In this document: positions 55,094 to 64,000 of the stretch, one piece after another
How positions within the stretch are numbered: position 1 is the first letter of the stretch
Layout of the letters: each line of letters opens with the position of its first letter
Virus record (IMG/VR): IMGVR_UViG_3300010355_000898
Span: 128,001-192,000 of that record
From: a virus
Lineage: Duplodnaviria > Caudoviricetes
Strand: one strand, 5' to 3'
DNA: 64,000 bases
Program-made: the position numbers and the translations under genes
Notes under the pieces: model-generated
What the model saw: only the letters and a program-made list of their open reading frames with translations
What the model was told of the DNA's origin: nothing
Database searches by the model: none

Positions 55094-56560
55094 TCAATGC
55101 TTATCAGATACCTTAAAGAATGTTGAACAATCATTGAATGTTTTTTGCATTGCACCACATAAAATTGCAACATCAATTGTGTATACATTGTCTTTAGGCA
55201 GCGATGCAGGTGAAAACATAAAATAATTTCCATTGACATCTGTGCTCATCAGTGTTGAATTATTTACAAAATCAAATGGGATGATGATATCATTTGTGTA
55301 CACATTCCTAATTCTGTAATGAGCAATTGGTGAAATTCCTGGATCATTGATGTATGTCTTCACAAGATTTGACATGATGTTCTTGTCAACAATGTGTACT
55401 CTAACTTCCACATCATCACAATCACTGTCATACTGTTCATTCAATGAATAAACACTGACAACATATTTTGACATGTCAATTTGTGAATTTGATCTCTGAT
55501 TATCATTGATCGTGACATTTGTTCCAGAAAGATATGTTATTGCTTGATCATTTGAACACCAAATTGGTAGCATTTTTATGCTGCCAGATATCTGTTGCAA
55601 TGTTTTCAATTGTTCTGTTTTTTCAATAATGAATGATGAGGTATAAATTCCAATACGTTCATTAATGCCATCATTGAATTGACTACCAGAAAACAATAAT
55701 GTATACATTCCACCAGAAATTGGCATATCAAATTTTAATGTCAAACAATTTGATCCAGTTAATGTATCATTTCCAAATGTATTTGTTAAGTTTCCATCAC
55801 CATCATAGTTGTAAAAATAGAGAGTATTGATTACATCAAATTTGACGTTATTGATATCATTTCTGACTGCATCATTCCATTGAATATACAATTTTGGATG
55901 TAAATCACCATTATAGGCAGTGCGTGATGCAAATCTTTTTACAAAATAGTTGTGTTGATCACTCTCTTCAATTTCACCTAATGACAATCTGAAACCAGAG
56001 TTTGGTATATCATTTGTCAAAATTCCTGAGACAATTTTTGTAACATCAATCAACAAATTTTCTTCACCAGTTGTGAAGTATTGCGTACATGAATAATCAT
56101 TAACTGCAGATGATGAAATGATATAGTCAACATTTTCATTATTTGATCCGGATGCATTACAACCAGACAATATCCAATTTTCACTCACTGAATTCTGAAC
56201 AAAATTTGCTGCATCATAATCACCATAAAAAACAATATCTCTTCCAAGTCCTTCATCAAATGATCTTGATAGTGGATATACTGTGGTCGTAAAATTTCTT
56301 GGACAAGTTTGACCACCATAAACATCATACAATTTCAAATAACTTTTGAAGTTATTGTTGATATTGAATTGCGTTGTGTCAACATTTGTCAAATCAAAAT
56401 GTAGCAATAATCTTGATAATTCATATCCATTCTTTTCTGAATACAATTTGAACAGATCGAGTGTACCTGCAGATCCAACATTTGATCCTGATTTGATAAC
56501 ATTTCCAATGACTCTATTGGTTATGTATGTATCCTTATCTGCATTGAATATTTTGATCAT
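55094..56560 (-). CDS. virion structural protein (DNRLRE-like)
   Basis: ADKDTYI, SRLLLHFD, SFDEGLG, HPKLYI. Confidence 0.7.
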   Translation of the reverse strand: MIKIFNADKDTYITNRVIGNVIKSGSNVGSAGTLDLFKLYSEKNGYELSRLLLHFDLTNVDTTQFNINNNFKSYLKLYDVYGGQTCPRNFTTTVYPLSRSFDEGLGRDIVFYGDYDAANFVQNSVSENWILSGCNASGSNNENVDYIISSSAVNDYSCTQYFTTGEENLLIDVTKIVSGILTNDIPNSGFRLSLGEIEESDQHNYFVKRFASRTAYNGDLHPKLYIQWNDAVRNDINNVKFDVINTLYFYNYDGDGNLTNTFGNDTLTGSNCLTLKFDMPISGGMYTLLFSGSQFNDGINERIGIYTSSFIIEKTEQLKTLQQISGSIKMLPIWCSNDQAITYLSGTNVTINDNQRSNSQIDMSKYVVSVYSLNEQYDSDCDDVEVRVHIVDKNIMSNLVKTYINDPGISPIAHYRIRNVYTNDIIIPFDFVNNSTLMSTDVNGNYFMFSPASLPKDNVYTIDVAILCGAMQKTFNDCSTFFKVSDKH

Positions 56561-58392
56561 TATGTGACAACCTTTCCAATGATGTCATAATTTGGATATT
56601 TGATTTCAAATATTGATCCAATTGGAGGAACAATTACATTATTGATTGTGTTCATTGGAATATTGAATGATACGTTACTGTATGTTCTGCTCCCAACATT
56701 TGTCACAATATTGTTGATGATCAAACTGTTTATGCTCATAATTCCTTGAACATTTGATATCAAACTCAAGATATCATCTCTAATGATTGGTTGATCAATT
56801 GTGAAATTTTTGATGTTGAAATAATCTTTCAATCTAATCAACACTTGTTGCAACACAAGACTTTTATTCAACAATGGATCAATCATAACTTCAAAATTGC
56901 ATCCAATGTTGATTATTTTTGCATCCAATATATTGAACGTATCTGACAGTTGTCTATAGGGTGTTAGATAGTTTTTCAGATTCTCTTTCAATGTATCAGG
57001 AGATATGACCAATTGTTGAGAATCATTTCTTGATATAACATATATGTTGCTTGCTTGTCTATTATTTGGATCTGGATGTACAGAAGTTCTGAATATTCTA
57101 CCAAATGTTGTTGGTAAAGAATAGATGCGAGCAATAACATCGGGTGCTGTCACCATTCTTTCTTGAGAATTTTTCATTAATGGTATCAATTGTTTCAATT
57201 CATCAATTGTCATCGCATCTTCACCACCAGATGCATCATCAAGATTTGTAACCTCAGTTGAACCTCTAATCGCTGATGCTGTAGCTGATGAAACATCTCC
57301 AGGAAATGTCATATTCAACAACTTAATTGATTTGATTGAATCATTTTTTACAGAATGATTGAGACCTCCACCATATCTGTATGTCACTGTCATTGTTGTG
57401 TTGGTGTTGTAAACACCCAATGTTTTGCTGTTTAACATACTTGATGGATTGATTGCAATTTTTGAAAATGTTTTTGTATATGGTAATGAAATTGCAAAAC
57501 TTGTTGGATCTGGTAATGCATCATCTTCAAAACTTTCTGCATTTCCACCACCTAAGATTATTGTTGTTTGTCTTGTTGCCAATGTTGTGTCTGTAACATA
57601 ACGATATGGTACAAGTTTAGGCTTAATTCTATTCTTTACAAATGCAGCATCAGATTTTGTGTTCAGAACACTCAAATAGATTGTGTCATCTGTCAAATTG
57701 CTTACTTCATAATAGTCATTTCCCAAATCATCCTTCATTGAAATGATTTCAGAAACATTTGGTTGTTCAAGAGATAAACGTTTAAATGGTACAAATTCAT
57801 TACCAATTGTAAACGTTTCTATTTTTTCTTTTCCAGAAATTGCTTCACCCTCTGCAGAAAGAATGTATGATTGTGGAACATTATTGACTGTTTTGTCAAT
57901 AATATATTTTGCTTTTAATGTTCCATCTTGATTTGTATCATTGAAATTGATATCATCTTTCAATATGAATTCAACACCATTATCTGCAGAACAAATTGTA
58001 TTTGCTTGAATTATTGGTAATGAATTCATGTCTGGACCATTACCATTCTGATTTGCTGGGACTCTTACATAAAATGTCAATGGAACAATTGCGGGGGCTG
58101 CTCCCTGAATTTTTACGCCTGCAGTCTTGAGTAAATTTTCAATATTTCCATATTCAACTGCAGTGTCATAACTCAATTCACCAAATTGATGATCAAGATA
58201 GAATGAAAATGTATCACCAACATATGAAGCAAAATCCAACAATAAACCACCAAGTGATGCTTCTGAAAAATCCTTGATCTTGTCTGGATAATAGAGTTTA
58301 GCATATTCCAGAAGCTGTTCTCTGAATGCGTTGAAATCTTTTGCAAGATACTTTCTTTGACGCACTTGAGTTAATCCAGTTTTTGTTGCCAT
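56560..58392 (-). CDS. baseplate wedge protein (gp6/BaseplateJ-like)
   Basis: YLAKDF, ASYVGDTFSFYLD, YRYGGG, ASGGED, QERMVTAPD. Confidence 0.88.
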   Translation of the reverse strand: MATKTGLTQVRQRKYLAKDFNAFREQLLEYAKLYYPDKIKDFSEASLGGLLLDFASYVGDTFSFYLDHQFGELSYDTAVEYGNIENLLKTAGVKIQGAAPAIVPLTFYVRVPANQNGNGPDMNSLPIIQANTICSADNGVEFILKDDINFNDTNQDGTLKAKYIIDKTVNNVPQSYILSAEGEAISGKEKIETFTIGNEFVPFKRLSLEQPNVSEIISMKDDLGNDYYEVSNLTDDTIYLSVLNTKSDAAFVKNRIKPKLVPYRYVTDTTLATRQTTIILGGGNAESFEDDALPDPTSFAISLPYTKTFSKIAINPSSMLNSKTLGVYNTNTTMTVTYRYGGGLNHSVKNDSIKSIKLLNMTFPGDVSSATASAIRGSTEVTNLDDASGGEDAMTIDELKQLIPLMKNSQERMVTAPDVIARIYSLPTTFGRIFRTSVHPDPNNRQASNIYVISRNDSQQLVISPDTLKENLKNYLTPYRQLSDTFNILDAKIINIGCNFEVMIDPLLNKSLVLQQVLIRLKDYFNIKNFTIDQPIIRDDILSLISNVQGIMSINSLIINNIVTNVGSRTYSNVSFNIPMNTINNVIVPPIGSIFEIKYPNYDIIGKVVT

Positions 58393-58428
58393 TTAAGATC
58401 CTCAAATGTAACTATATTCTCTGTGCAA

Positions 58429-58899
58429 TCAAACAACTTTCAATGTTACCTCAATCATTTGATTTGAAGCATTCAACGTTGGCACACTGTAAGTTATAAT
58501 CAATTTTATGTTTGCTGTATTTCCATCATTAAATTGTCTATCAATTGAAGAAACATAATCCTCAAGATTGATATATGGCATCCATTTTGTGACAGCATTC
58601 TTTATTCTAACAACTGCTTCATTATCAAAATTGTCAAGTGAAGTGAATTCAAAAAGTAATTGACGTAAATTTGCGCCAAATGTAAATTGTCCCAATCTTT
58701 CACCCCAATTTGTTAAGATAAGATTTCTGAAATTGTCTCTAACCTGATCTTTCAATGAATAGTTCATCAAAAATAGATCATCAGTTGTGCTCAATTGCAA
58801 AGGGGTCTTTATCCCAATTGGTATTGCAGTTTTTTGAACATCATGTTCAATCTTTTGTTTAATGGTTGTACCAACACTTTTGAAATCAATTGTTGCCAT
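58429..58899 (-). CDS. gp25-like baseplate protein
   Basis: NLILTNWGERL..FGANL...KWMPYI. Confidence 0.88.
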   Translation of the reverse strand: MATIDFKSVGTTIKQKIEHDVQKTAIPIGIKTPLQLSTTDDLFLMNYSLKDQVRDNFRNLILTNWGERLGQFTFGANLRQLLFEFTSLDNFDNEAVVRIKNAVTKWMPYINLEDYVSSIDRQFNDGNTANIKLIITYSVPTLNASNQMIEVTLKVV

Positions 58900-58900
58900 T

Positions 58901-59161
58901 TTACAATTTACGTACCAAAACATTTATCTGACTTTTGATCAGATCATAGATTTCATCATTCAAAGTTTTTTTCAATTCTTCAAGATCATCAAGCCTATCT
59001 TCTCTATCCTGAAAACTTTTTGATGTTGAAAGAATGTGTGTCTGTACACTCTGCGTTAAACTCTTGATGAGAGTTTGTATTGCCATTCTGATTTTGTAAT
59101 CTGGCAAATATGTCATCAATTCTTCAGTCAGAATAAATTCTTTTAACTCATTCTTATTCAT
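58901..59161 (-). CDS. hypothetical protein
   Basis: coupled in operon. Confidence 0.6.
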   Translation of the reverse strand: MNKNELKEFILTEELMTYLPDYKIRMAIQTLIKSLTQSVQTHILSTSKSFQDREDRLDDLEELKKTLNDEIYDLIKSQINVLVRKL

Positions 59162-59480
59162 TATCAATATCTCTCAAAACTGGTTTTTTGTATGCTGCAG
59201 ATGCATAATCACCATTCAACAACTTTTCAAACATTTCTTCATACAACGTGTTAACTTTTTCACTAAACTCATTCAGCGCAGTAATTATCTGGTCTTCCCA
59301 ATATTCACGACCATAACGTATCATTGTTGGATCTGAATCATCAAATTGATCTTCAAGATTTATTTTCATTGCATGACGTAAATTGTCATATTCATCAAAA
59401 TCTTCAAGAGTTGATGCCATTTCTTTCAAGATTTTTTTTGCTTCAATGATAACCTTTTTCTTGTGCTGTACGTTTTTCAT
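59154..59480 (-). CDS. hypothetical protein
   Basis: ATACTTA-N5-ATG. Confidence 0.65.
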   Translation of the reverse strand: MKNVQHKKKVIIEAKKILKEMASTLEDFDEYDNLRHAMKINLEDQFDDSDPTMIRYGREYWEDQIITALNEFSEKVNTLYEEMFEKLLNGDYASAAYKKPVLRDIDNE

Positions 59481-59496
59481 GTATTTAAGTATTTCA

Positions 59497-59664
59497 TCAT
59501 TTTTTTGATAGGTTAACACTTGAAAACGCAAAATGCAATTGTCTAATCAACTCTTCTGCTTTCAATCTGATCTGTTCTTTTTCTTCATCATTCACTGCTC
59601 GTTTAATTGCAGAAATGTATAGTGGATCATTATGCAATATTTTGATCAATTCTTCTGGAGTCAT
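59497..59664 (-). CDS. small hypothetical protein
   Basis: MTPEELIKILHNDPLY. Confidence 0.55.
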   Translation of the reverse strand: MTPEELIKILHNDPLYISAIKRAVNDEEKEQIRLKAEELIRQLHFAFSSVNLSKK

Positions 59665-59674
59665 ATCGTGCCCT

Positions 59675-60616
59675 TTACACAAGAAATAACATTGTTGCTG
59701 CAGTCTGAGCTATAACACCTGGTCCAAGAATGCTTCCAATCAGATCAACTATCATCATGCCAATGATATCTTGCATAAATACAATCATTGTTGCAGATAA
59801 CAATTTTGGCATGATCAGCAGTAAACCAACCTTTTTGAATACATCAAGAAATAGGTTCAAAATGAGATCAATAAACTTTCCAATCAAACCTTTCAAATCA
59901 AGTGTCATGAGTGACGCTGCAAGTGATGGATCAAATATTCCCAAAAATATGTTTGGTAATGATACCAACAATTGTTTCAAAAGATCACCAATAATGATAA
60001 AATCAAAATTTGGTGTTGGAATTTGTGGAATTGTGAATTGAGGAATTGGTGGTAGTGATGGTAATCCTGTTATGAATGATTTCAATAGATCAAGATTGAT
60101 GTCATATTTTTGTGCAAATTTTGGTAACAGAGGAATTGATGGGTAAGCAACACCAAAATCTATCAAAAATTGTGGAATATCACCAATTTGAATGTTGATG
60201 GCAAAATTTGCAGTTGGATCAAAAAATAGTGGTTTTGCAGGTTGACCACCATTTATGTCAAGAAACTTGACAACTGGCTCATATATGTTTTTTATGAAGA
60301 TTTTTACATAATCTCTATCAGCATCTTTCAAATAAGGTAATGACAATGATGCAAATGGTGATGGACTGAACCAAAAAAGTTGACTCATGGCAAATGGATC
60401 TCCTGACAAAAGAATTTTATCAGGGTCAGATAGGAGTGGCCCACCAATTGGTGGAAATTTTGTGACAATACTTGACCACTTTGCTCCACCACCATTTTCA
60501 TTTCCAGATGTCATCAACAGTGCAACCTGTTCTGCAAATGCATTGATTGCAGATTGTGTCAGTTGATCATTTTGCAACATGCCAATTGTTGTCAATATTT
60601 TATCATTTGCACCCAT
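59675..60616 (-). CDS. Pro-rich hydrophobic protein next to the spike gene
   Basis: LPSLPPIPQFTIPQIPTP; hydrophobic C-terminus. Confidence 0.7.
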   Translation of the reverse strand: MGANDKILTTIGMLQNDQLTQSAINAFAEQVALLMTSGNENGGGAKWSSIVTKFPPIGGPLLSDPDKILLSGDPFAMSQLFWFSPSPFASLSLPYLKDADRDYVKIFIKNIYEPVVKFLDINGGQPAKPLFFDPTANFAINIQIGDIPQFLIDFGVAYPSIPLLPKFAQKYDINLDLLKSFITGLPSLPPIPQFTIPQIPTPNFDFIIIGDLLKQLLVSLPNIFLGIFDPSLAASLMTLDLKGLIGKFIDLILNLFLDVFKKVGLLLIMPKLLSATMIVFMQDIIGMMIVDLIGSILGPGVIAQTAATMLFLV

Positions 60617-62097
60617 TATTTGATCAGAACCTTTTTTGAAAATTGTCCATTTTGACCTGCAATACCAATCTGAGCACCCATTGTGTCAACTATTGGTTGT
60701 GCAGAAATATTACCTGAATTTGCTTCTACACCAACCGGTTGACATAATACAGCAAGATTTGCATCATCACCACCAAGTTTCAAATATCCCAAATTTGATG
60801 GTTTAAGAACTATGTCACCATTTGTTTTCATTGCAATAACGCCATAATTTTCAACGTTATCTGATCTGATTTTGTTCTGTTTGTCATCCTTTTCATCCCA
60901 ACCGGTTACAACAAACTCAATATCAGATCTCACTATTATTCTGACTTTATCAGTCATCAATGCAATTGCAGGATCACCCGTTACTTCATCAACAATTTTT
61001 GCCAATTCAATTCTGTCGCCACCTTGAAATTGTCCATTAGAAAGTATACTATTCAATTTTTCAAGATCAAATTTCTTATCAATAGAACATTTTTGTGATG
61101 TCAAAATTCTTGATGCATCATTAATGTAATCCGGATCACCTTCATGTTCATTGATCTGTTCTACGCTCTTATCCAATTCCTCCATACCAATAGAATTTTT
61201 TACAGTTTTTCCGGATGTTGTGGATGTTCTTCCGGCACCAGTTACAATGTCTACTGTTCCTGAATCTTTATTGAATTCATCATCTGGAAAAGAATTGACG
61301 GTCTTTTCACCATCAATGTCATCATATTTTGCAATTGGACCACTTCTGTCCTTTCCAATTACAATTCTTGCATTTCCAGTTCCTTCAATGAGATATTCGC
61401 CAGGGCGCTTTCTGTATCTTGGAATACTTTCAATTGGTGACAATTTTCCTGCATCAGTTTCTGTAATGATCTTTTCAAATATGTTTTCATCCTCTGATGA
61501 TATGACTGCAGAGTTTGCATCAGTATATCTTTCACCATTGTCAACGAATGTTCTGCCATTTCTGAATTCATATTTTGGTTCGTCTGTTCCCTGAAATTTT
61601 TTCTTCAGACTTGGTGAAAATGATTCATCATACATTCTTGGATGATGTGTATGATTTGCATCATCAACATGATGAGGGGCTGTTATTTTGCAAAACCAAT
61701 ATCCAATATCAATTTGTTTCAACCCAAATGCTTCAAACATTACCCAAATTTGTTCACCTGGAAGGGCTGGCATTGATAATTGTGCAGGAAAGAATGGATA
61801 CAGCACCATTGGCAATTCAATTGCTGATGCATTTCCATCCAATGCCCGTGCAGCAATCAATGAATTTCTTGGTGCGCTGTAAAGATATTGTGGATTTGAA
61901 ACGCTATATTTTTCAATTAGAGAAGCTATTTTTTTTTCAGATAATATTGTTGGATCAAACAACGTTTCAAGAATTACAAATCTATAAAAACTTGGTGGTA
62001 CAACATTTGTACCAGCATTCTGTCTATTTTTTGCATCAATGACTTGGGCTGCGTTACCCTCAACAAGATGTTTTGTTAGATCATATTTGTTATTCAT
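60616..62097 (-). CDS. baseplate hub/spike (gp5/VgrG-like)
   Basis: YPFFP..SMPALPGEQIWV, GYWF, PGEYLIEG..NARIVIG. Confidence 0.75.
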   Translation of the reverse strand: MNNKYDLTKHLVEGNAAQVIDAKNRQNAGTNVVPPSFYRFVILETLFDPTILSEKKIASLIEKYSVSNPQYLYSAPRNSLIAARALDGNASAIELPMVLYPFFPAQLSMPALPGEQIWVMFEAFGLKQIDIGYWFCKITAPHHVDDANHTHHPRMYDESFSPSLKKKFQGTDEPKYEFRNGRTFVDNGERYTDANSAVISSEDENIFEKIITETDAGKLSPIESIPRYRKRPGEYLIEGTGNARIVIGKDRSGPIAKYDDIDGEKTVNSFPDDEFNKDSGTVDIVTGAGRTSTTSGKTVKNSIGMEELDKSVEQINEHEGDPDYINDASRILTSQKCSIDKKFDLEKLNSILSNGQFQGGDRIELAKIVDEVTGDPAIALMTDKVRIIVRSDIEFVVTGWDEKDDKQNKIRSDNVENYGVIAMKTNGDIVLKPSNLGYLKLGGDDANLAVLCQPVGVEANSGNISAQPIVDTMGAQIGIAGQNGQFSKKVLIK

Positions 62098-62437
62098 TTA
62101 CTTTTGAGTAAATATCGTCAGGATCAATTTCATTTTCCTTTTCTTGAACCTTAGTAATCAGTTCAGCAAGTTTCAATAATTGATCATTTGCTTTACTCAT
62201 TCTTTCAATGTATGTTGCCAATGTTTTTCCATGTACAGCATGCTCTGTTGACTGATCTTTCACTATTGACATCAAAATTATGAACAAATTGTGTGCATTC
62301 TGCCTGTCCCTAATTGCATTGATGTATATTTCTTTCCACAGACTTTTTTTCTTATCTTCAAGCGTTGATATATCATCCAACAATTTTGAAAAATCATGTA
62401 TTTTTTGTTCTATTTCAGAATTTGTTGCATCACTCAT
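62090..62437 (-). CDS. coiled-coil hypothetical protein
   Basis: GAGGT SD; YIERMSKANDQLLKLAE. Confidence 0.75.
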   Translation of the reverse strand: MSDATNSEIEQKIHDFSKLLDDISTLEDKKKSLWKEIYINAIRDRQNAHNLFIILMSIVKDQSTEHAVHGKTLATYIERMSKANDQLLKLAELITKVQEKENEIDPDDIYSKVNE

Positions 62438-62445
62438 GTGTTACC

Positions 62446-63243
62446 TCAAAATATTCCAAATTGACTATCAATCTTTAAGCGTCTATATGATTTTTTCAAA
62501 TTTTGCAATGTAGTTGTCAACTGCTTTGGTGTTAATCCAGATAGATCTCTCAAATATAACAACAATGCACTCTTATTCAACAGATCAATATTGTCAATGT
62601 TTTCAAATATTGTTATGATTGAATTGATGCAAACCAATTCATTTTCTGTTTTGGATTGATTTCTAACTTCATACATCATTTCAATAATGTTTGATGCAGT
62701 ATTTTTGCTCTCAACTATTACATCCTGAGAAGGAATTATTGAATAGTTTTCAATTGCACGTTGATCTGATAATGATAATGATTCACTGTCATCAATACTA
62801 ACGTTCTTTTTGACTTTTTGAGCACGTTGTTTTGTCTTTATGATCAGCCAATTTTTTGCAACAACGTTAAAATATGAAAATGCATTTGTTCCTCTTGTCG
62901 CATCAAATTTATTCAAAGTTTCAAAAAGAAAATTGACACAATCATCTCTCAAATCATTATATGTGTCATGAAGTGATGTGAATTTATGAATATTGATCAA
63001 ATTTTCAACCAACTTTACAAAAGCTGGCATAACATCTGTTACATAGATTGCATTCTTATCATTTATAGATTGTGTGCCCTGATATTTTACTATTGCAGCT
63101 TGTGTATCCTGATTAAAATACATTCTTGCTTGTCTTGCTTTTTCATCGCCATCTTTTCTTCTGCGACGTTTTTTTATTGGCTTCTGCTCAACATTAGTCA
63201 TTTGTTGTGTCGTTTTGATTTTCATCATTTTCATCACTTTCAA
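62446..63243 (-). CDS. late sigma factor (T4 gp55-like)
   Basis: YFNQDTQAAIVKY, KFDATRGTNAFSYFNVVAKNWLI. Confidence 0.8.
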   Translation of the reverse strand: MKVMKMMKIKTTQQMTNVEQKPIKKRRRRKDGDEKARQARMYFNQDTQAAIVKYQGTQSINDKNAIYVTDVMPAFVKLVENLINIHKFTSLHDTYNDLRDDCVNFLFETLNKFDATRGTNAFSYFNVVAKNWLIIKTKQRAQKVKKNVSIDDSESLSLSDQRAIENYSIIPSQDVIVESKNTASNIIEMMYEVRNQSKTENELVCINSIITIFENIDNIDLLNKSALLLYLRDLSGLTPKQLTTTLQNLKKSYRRLKIDSQFGIF

Positions 63244-63514
63244 CCATTAAATTTGCAACAAGCAATAGGGCATTTATTGATTGTTTCATTTCAAATATGA
63301 ATTTTTTCACAATTGGATCATCTATTAACACAGGTATTTGTGCCATTTCTGACAATATTCTGTATCTATCATTCAAAATATCAAGTGATTTTTCAGTCTG
63401 TTCTGTTACTTCTTCAAGTTTATCAAACAACATTTCAGATTTATGAAAAAACACATATGCAATCAATGATGCAGTGATTAACAAAATTGTTAACAGAATA
63501 ACAACATATATCAT
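63194..63514 (-). CDS. membrane-anchored coiled-coil protein
   Basis: N-terminal TM segment. Confidence 0.7.
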   Translation of the reverse strand: MIYVVILLTILLITASLIAYVFFHKSEMLFDKLEEVTEQTEKSLDILNDRYRILSEMAQIPVLIDDPIVKKFIFEMKQSINALLLVANLMVESDENDENQNDTTND

Positions 63515-64000
63515 AACCATTTACTCAACTTTTCAGAATATTGTGTTTTGATTGCATCAATATTGTACTGCTCTCTAATTTTTTCACCCAATTGCATTGC
63601 CCATTCTTTGGGTATTTGTGGAGATTGTACAAACTTTTTTATTCTCTTTTTGAAATCTTCTTCAGATGCTTGGGCCCATTTAGCATTTGGCATAAACAAT
63701 TTTCCATCAATTCTTGTTTGGTGAATTTGTTGCAATTTGTAATCAATTTGAATGAACTTTCCAATGTTCAAAAATTCAGTATGGGCAGACCAATTTGTTG
63801 CAATTATTGGTAGATCGCATGCAGCGGCTTCCAATAGTGGTAATCCAAATCCTTCACCTCTTGTTAATGATACAAGTGCTTTAATTTTGGGATGTCGATA
63901 CAGGGCTCCAATTTCTTTCTCCGTAGTTGTTCCATGCAAAAGATGAATTTTTGGATATGGACCTTTTCTGACTTCTTTCAAGAGATTTTTGAATATGTTT
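63511..64000 (-). CDS. GT4-like glycosyltransferase, 5' end outside window
   Basis: TRGEGFGLPLLEAAACDLPIIATNWS. Confidence 0.9.
   Translation of the reverse strand, partial: NIFKNLLKEVRKGPYPKIHLLHGTTTEKEIGALYRHPKIKALVSLTRGEGFGLPLLEAAACDLPIIATNWSAHTEFLNIGKFIQIDYKLQQIHQTRIDGKLFMPNAKWAQASEEDFKKRIKKFVQSPQIPKEWAMQLGEKIREQYNIDAIKTQYSEKLSKWL

Noticed and set aside
1-64000. Stop-codon recoding
   Set aside because: Long genes are intact in the standard code; TAG, TGA and TAA all end genes; no suppressor anticodon found

Overview
This window reads as part of a large, AT-rich jumbo-type tailed phage genome using the standard genetic code. 1-11.5 kb: small + strand early-type genes, many with their own GTG(A/C)A(A/T)-N17/18-TANNNT promoter and often leaderless. 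11.5-12 kb: GC-rich non-coding block with iterated repeats (origin or terminus candidate). 12.2-19.3 kb: tandem array of highly diverged ~100-aa paralogues. 23.2-29.3 kb: RNA island with 41 tRNAs covering all 20 amino acids (a 42nd tRNA lies at 4092) plus a tmRNA. 29.4-39.5 kb: auxiliary genes (HNH, UvsE, sigma-70, IMPDH/GMPR, NADAR, Pth2-like). 39.5-64 kb: - strand virion operon (fibres, baseplate, gp25-like, gp55-like late sigma, glycosyltransferase). The most striking observation is between the tRNAs: two circularly permuted, anticodon-less tRNA-like RNAs (25293-25448, 27519-27705) carrying structured cargo in the acceptor stem, a 79-nt mini-tmRNA-like domain with Ala identity (25458-25536), and a ~310-nt kissing-loop RNA (26657-26964). 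All calls are from manual reading; no searches or folding programs were run.
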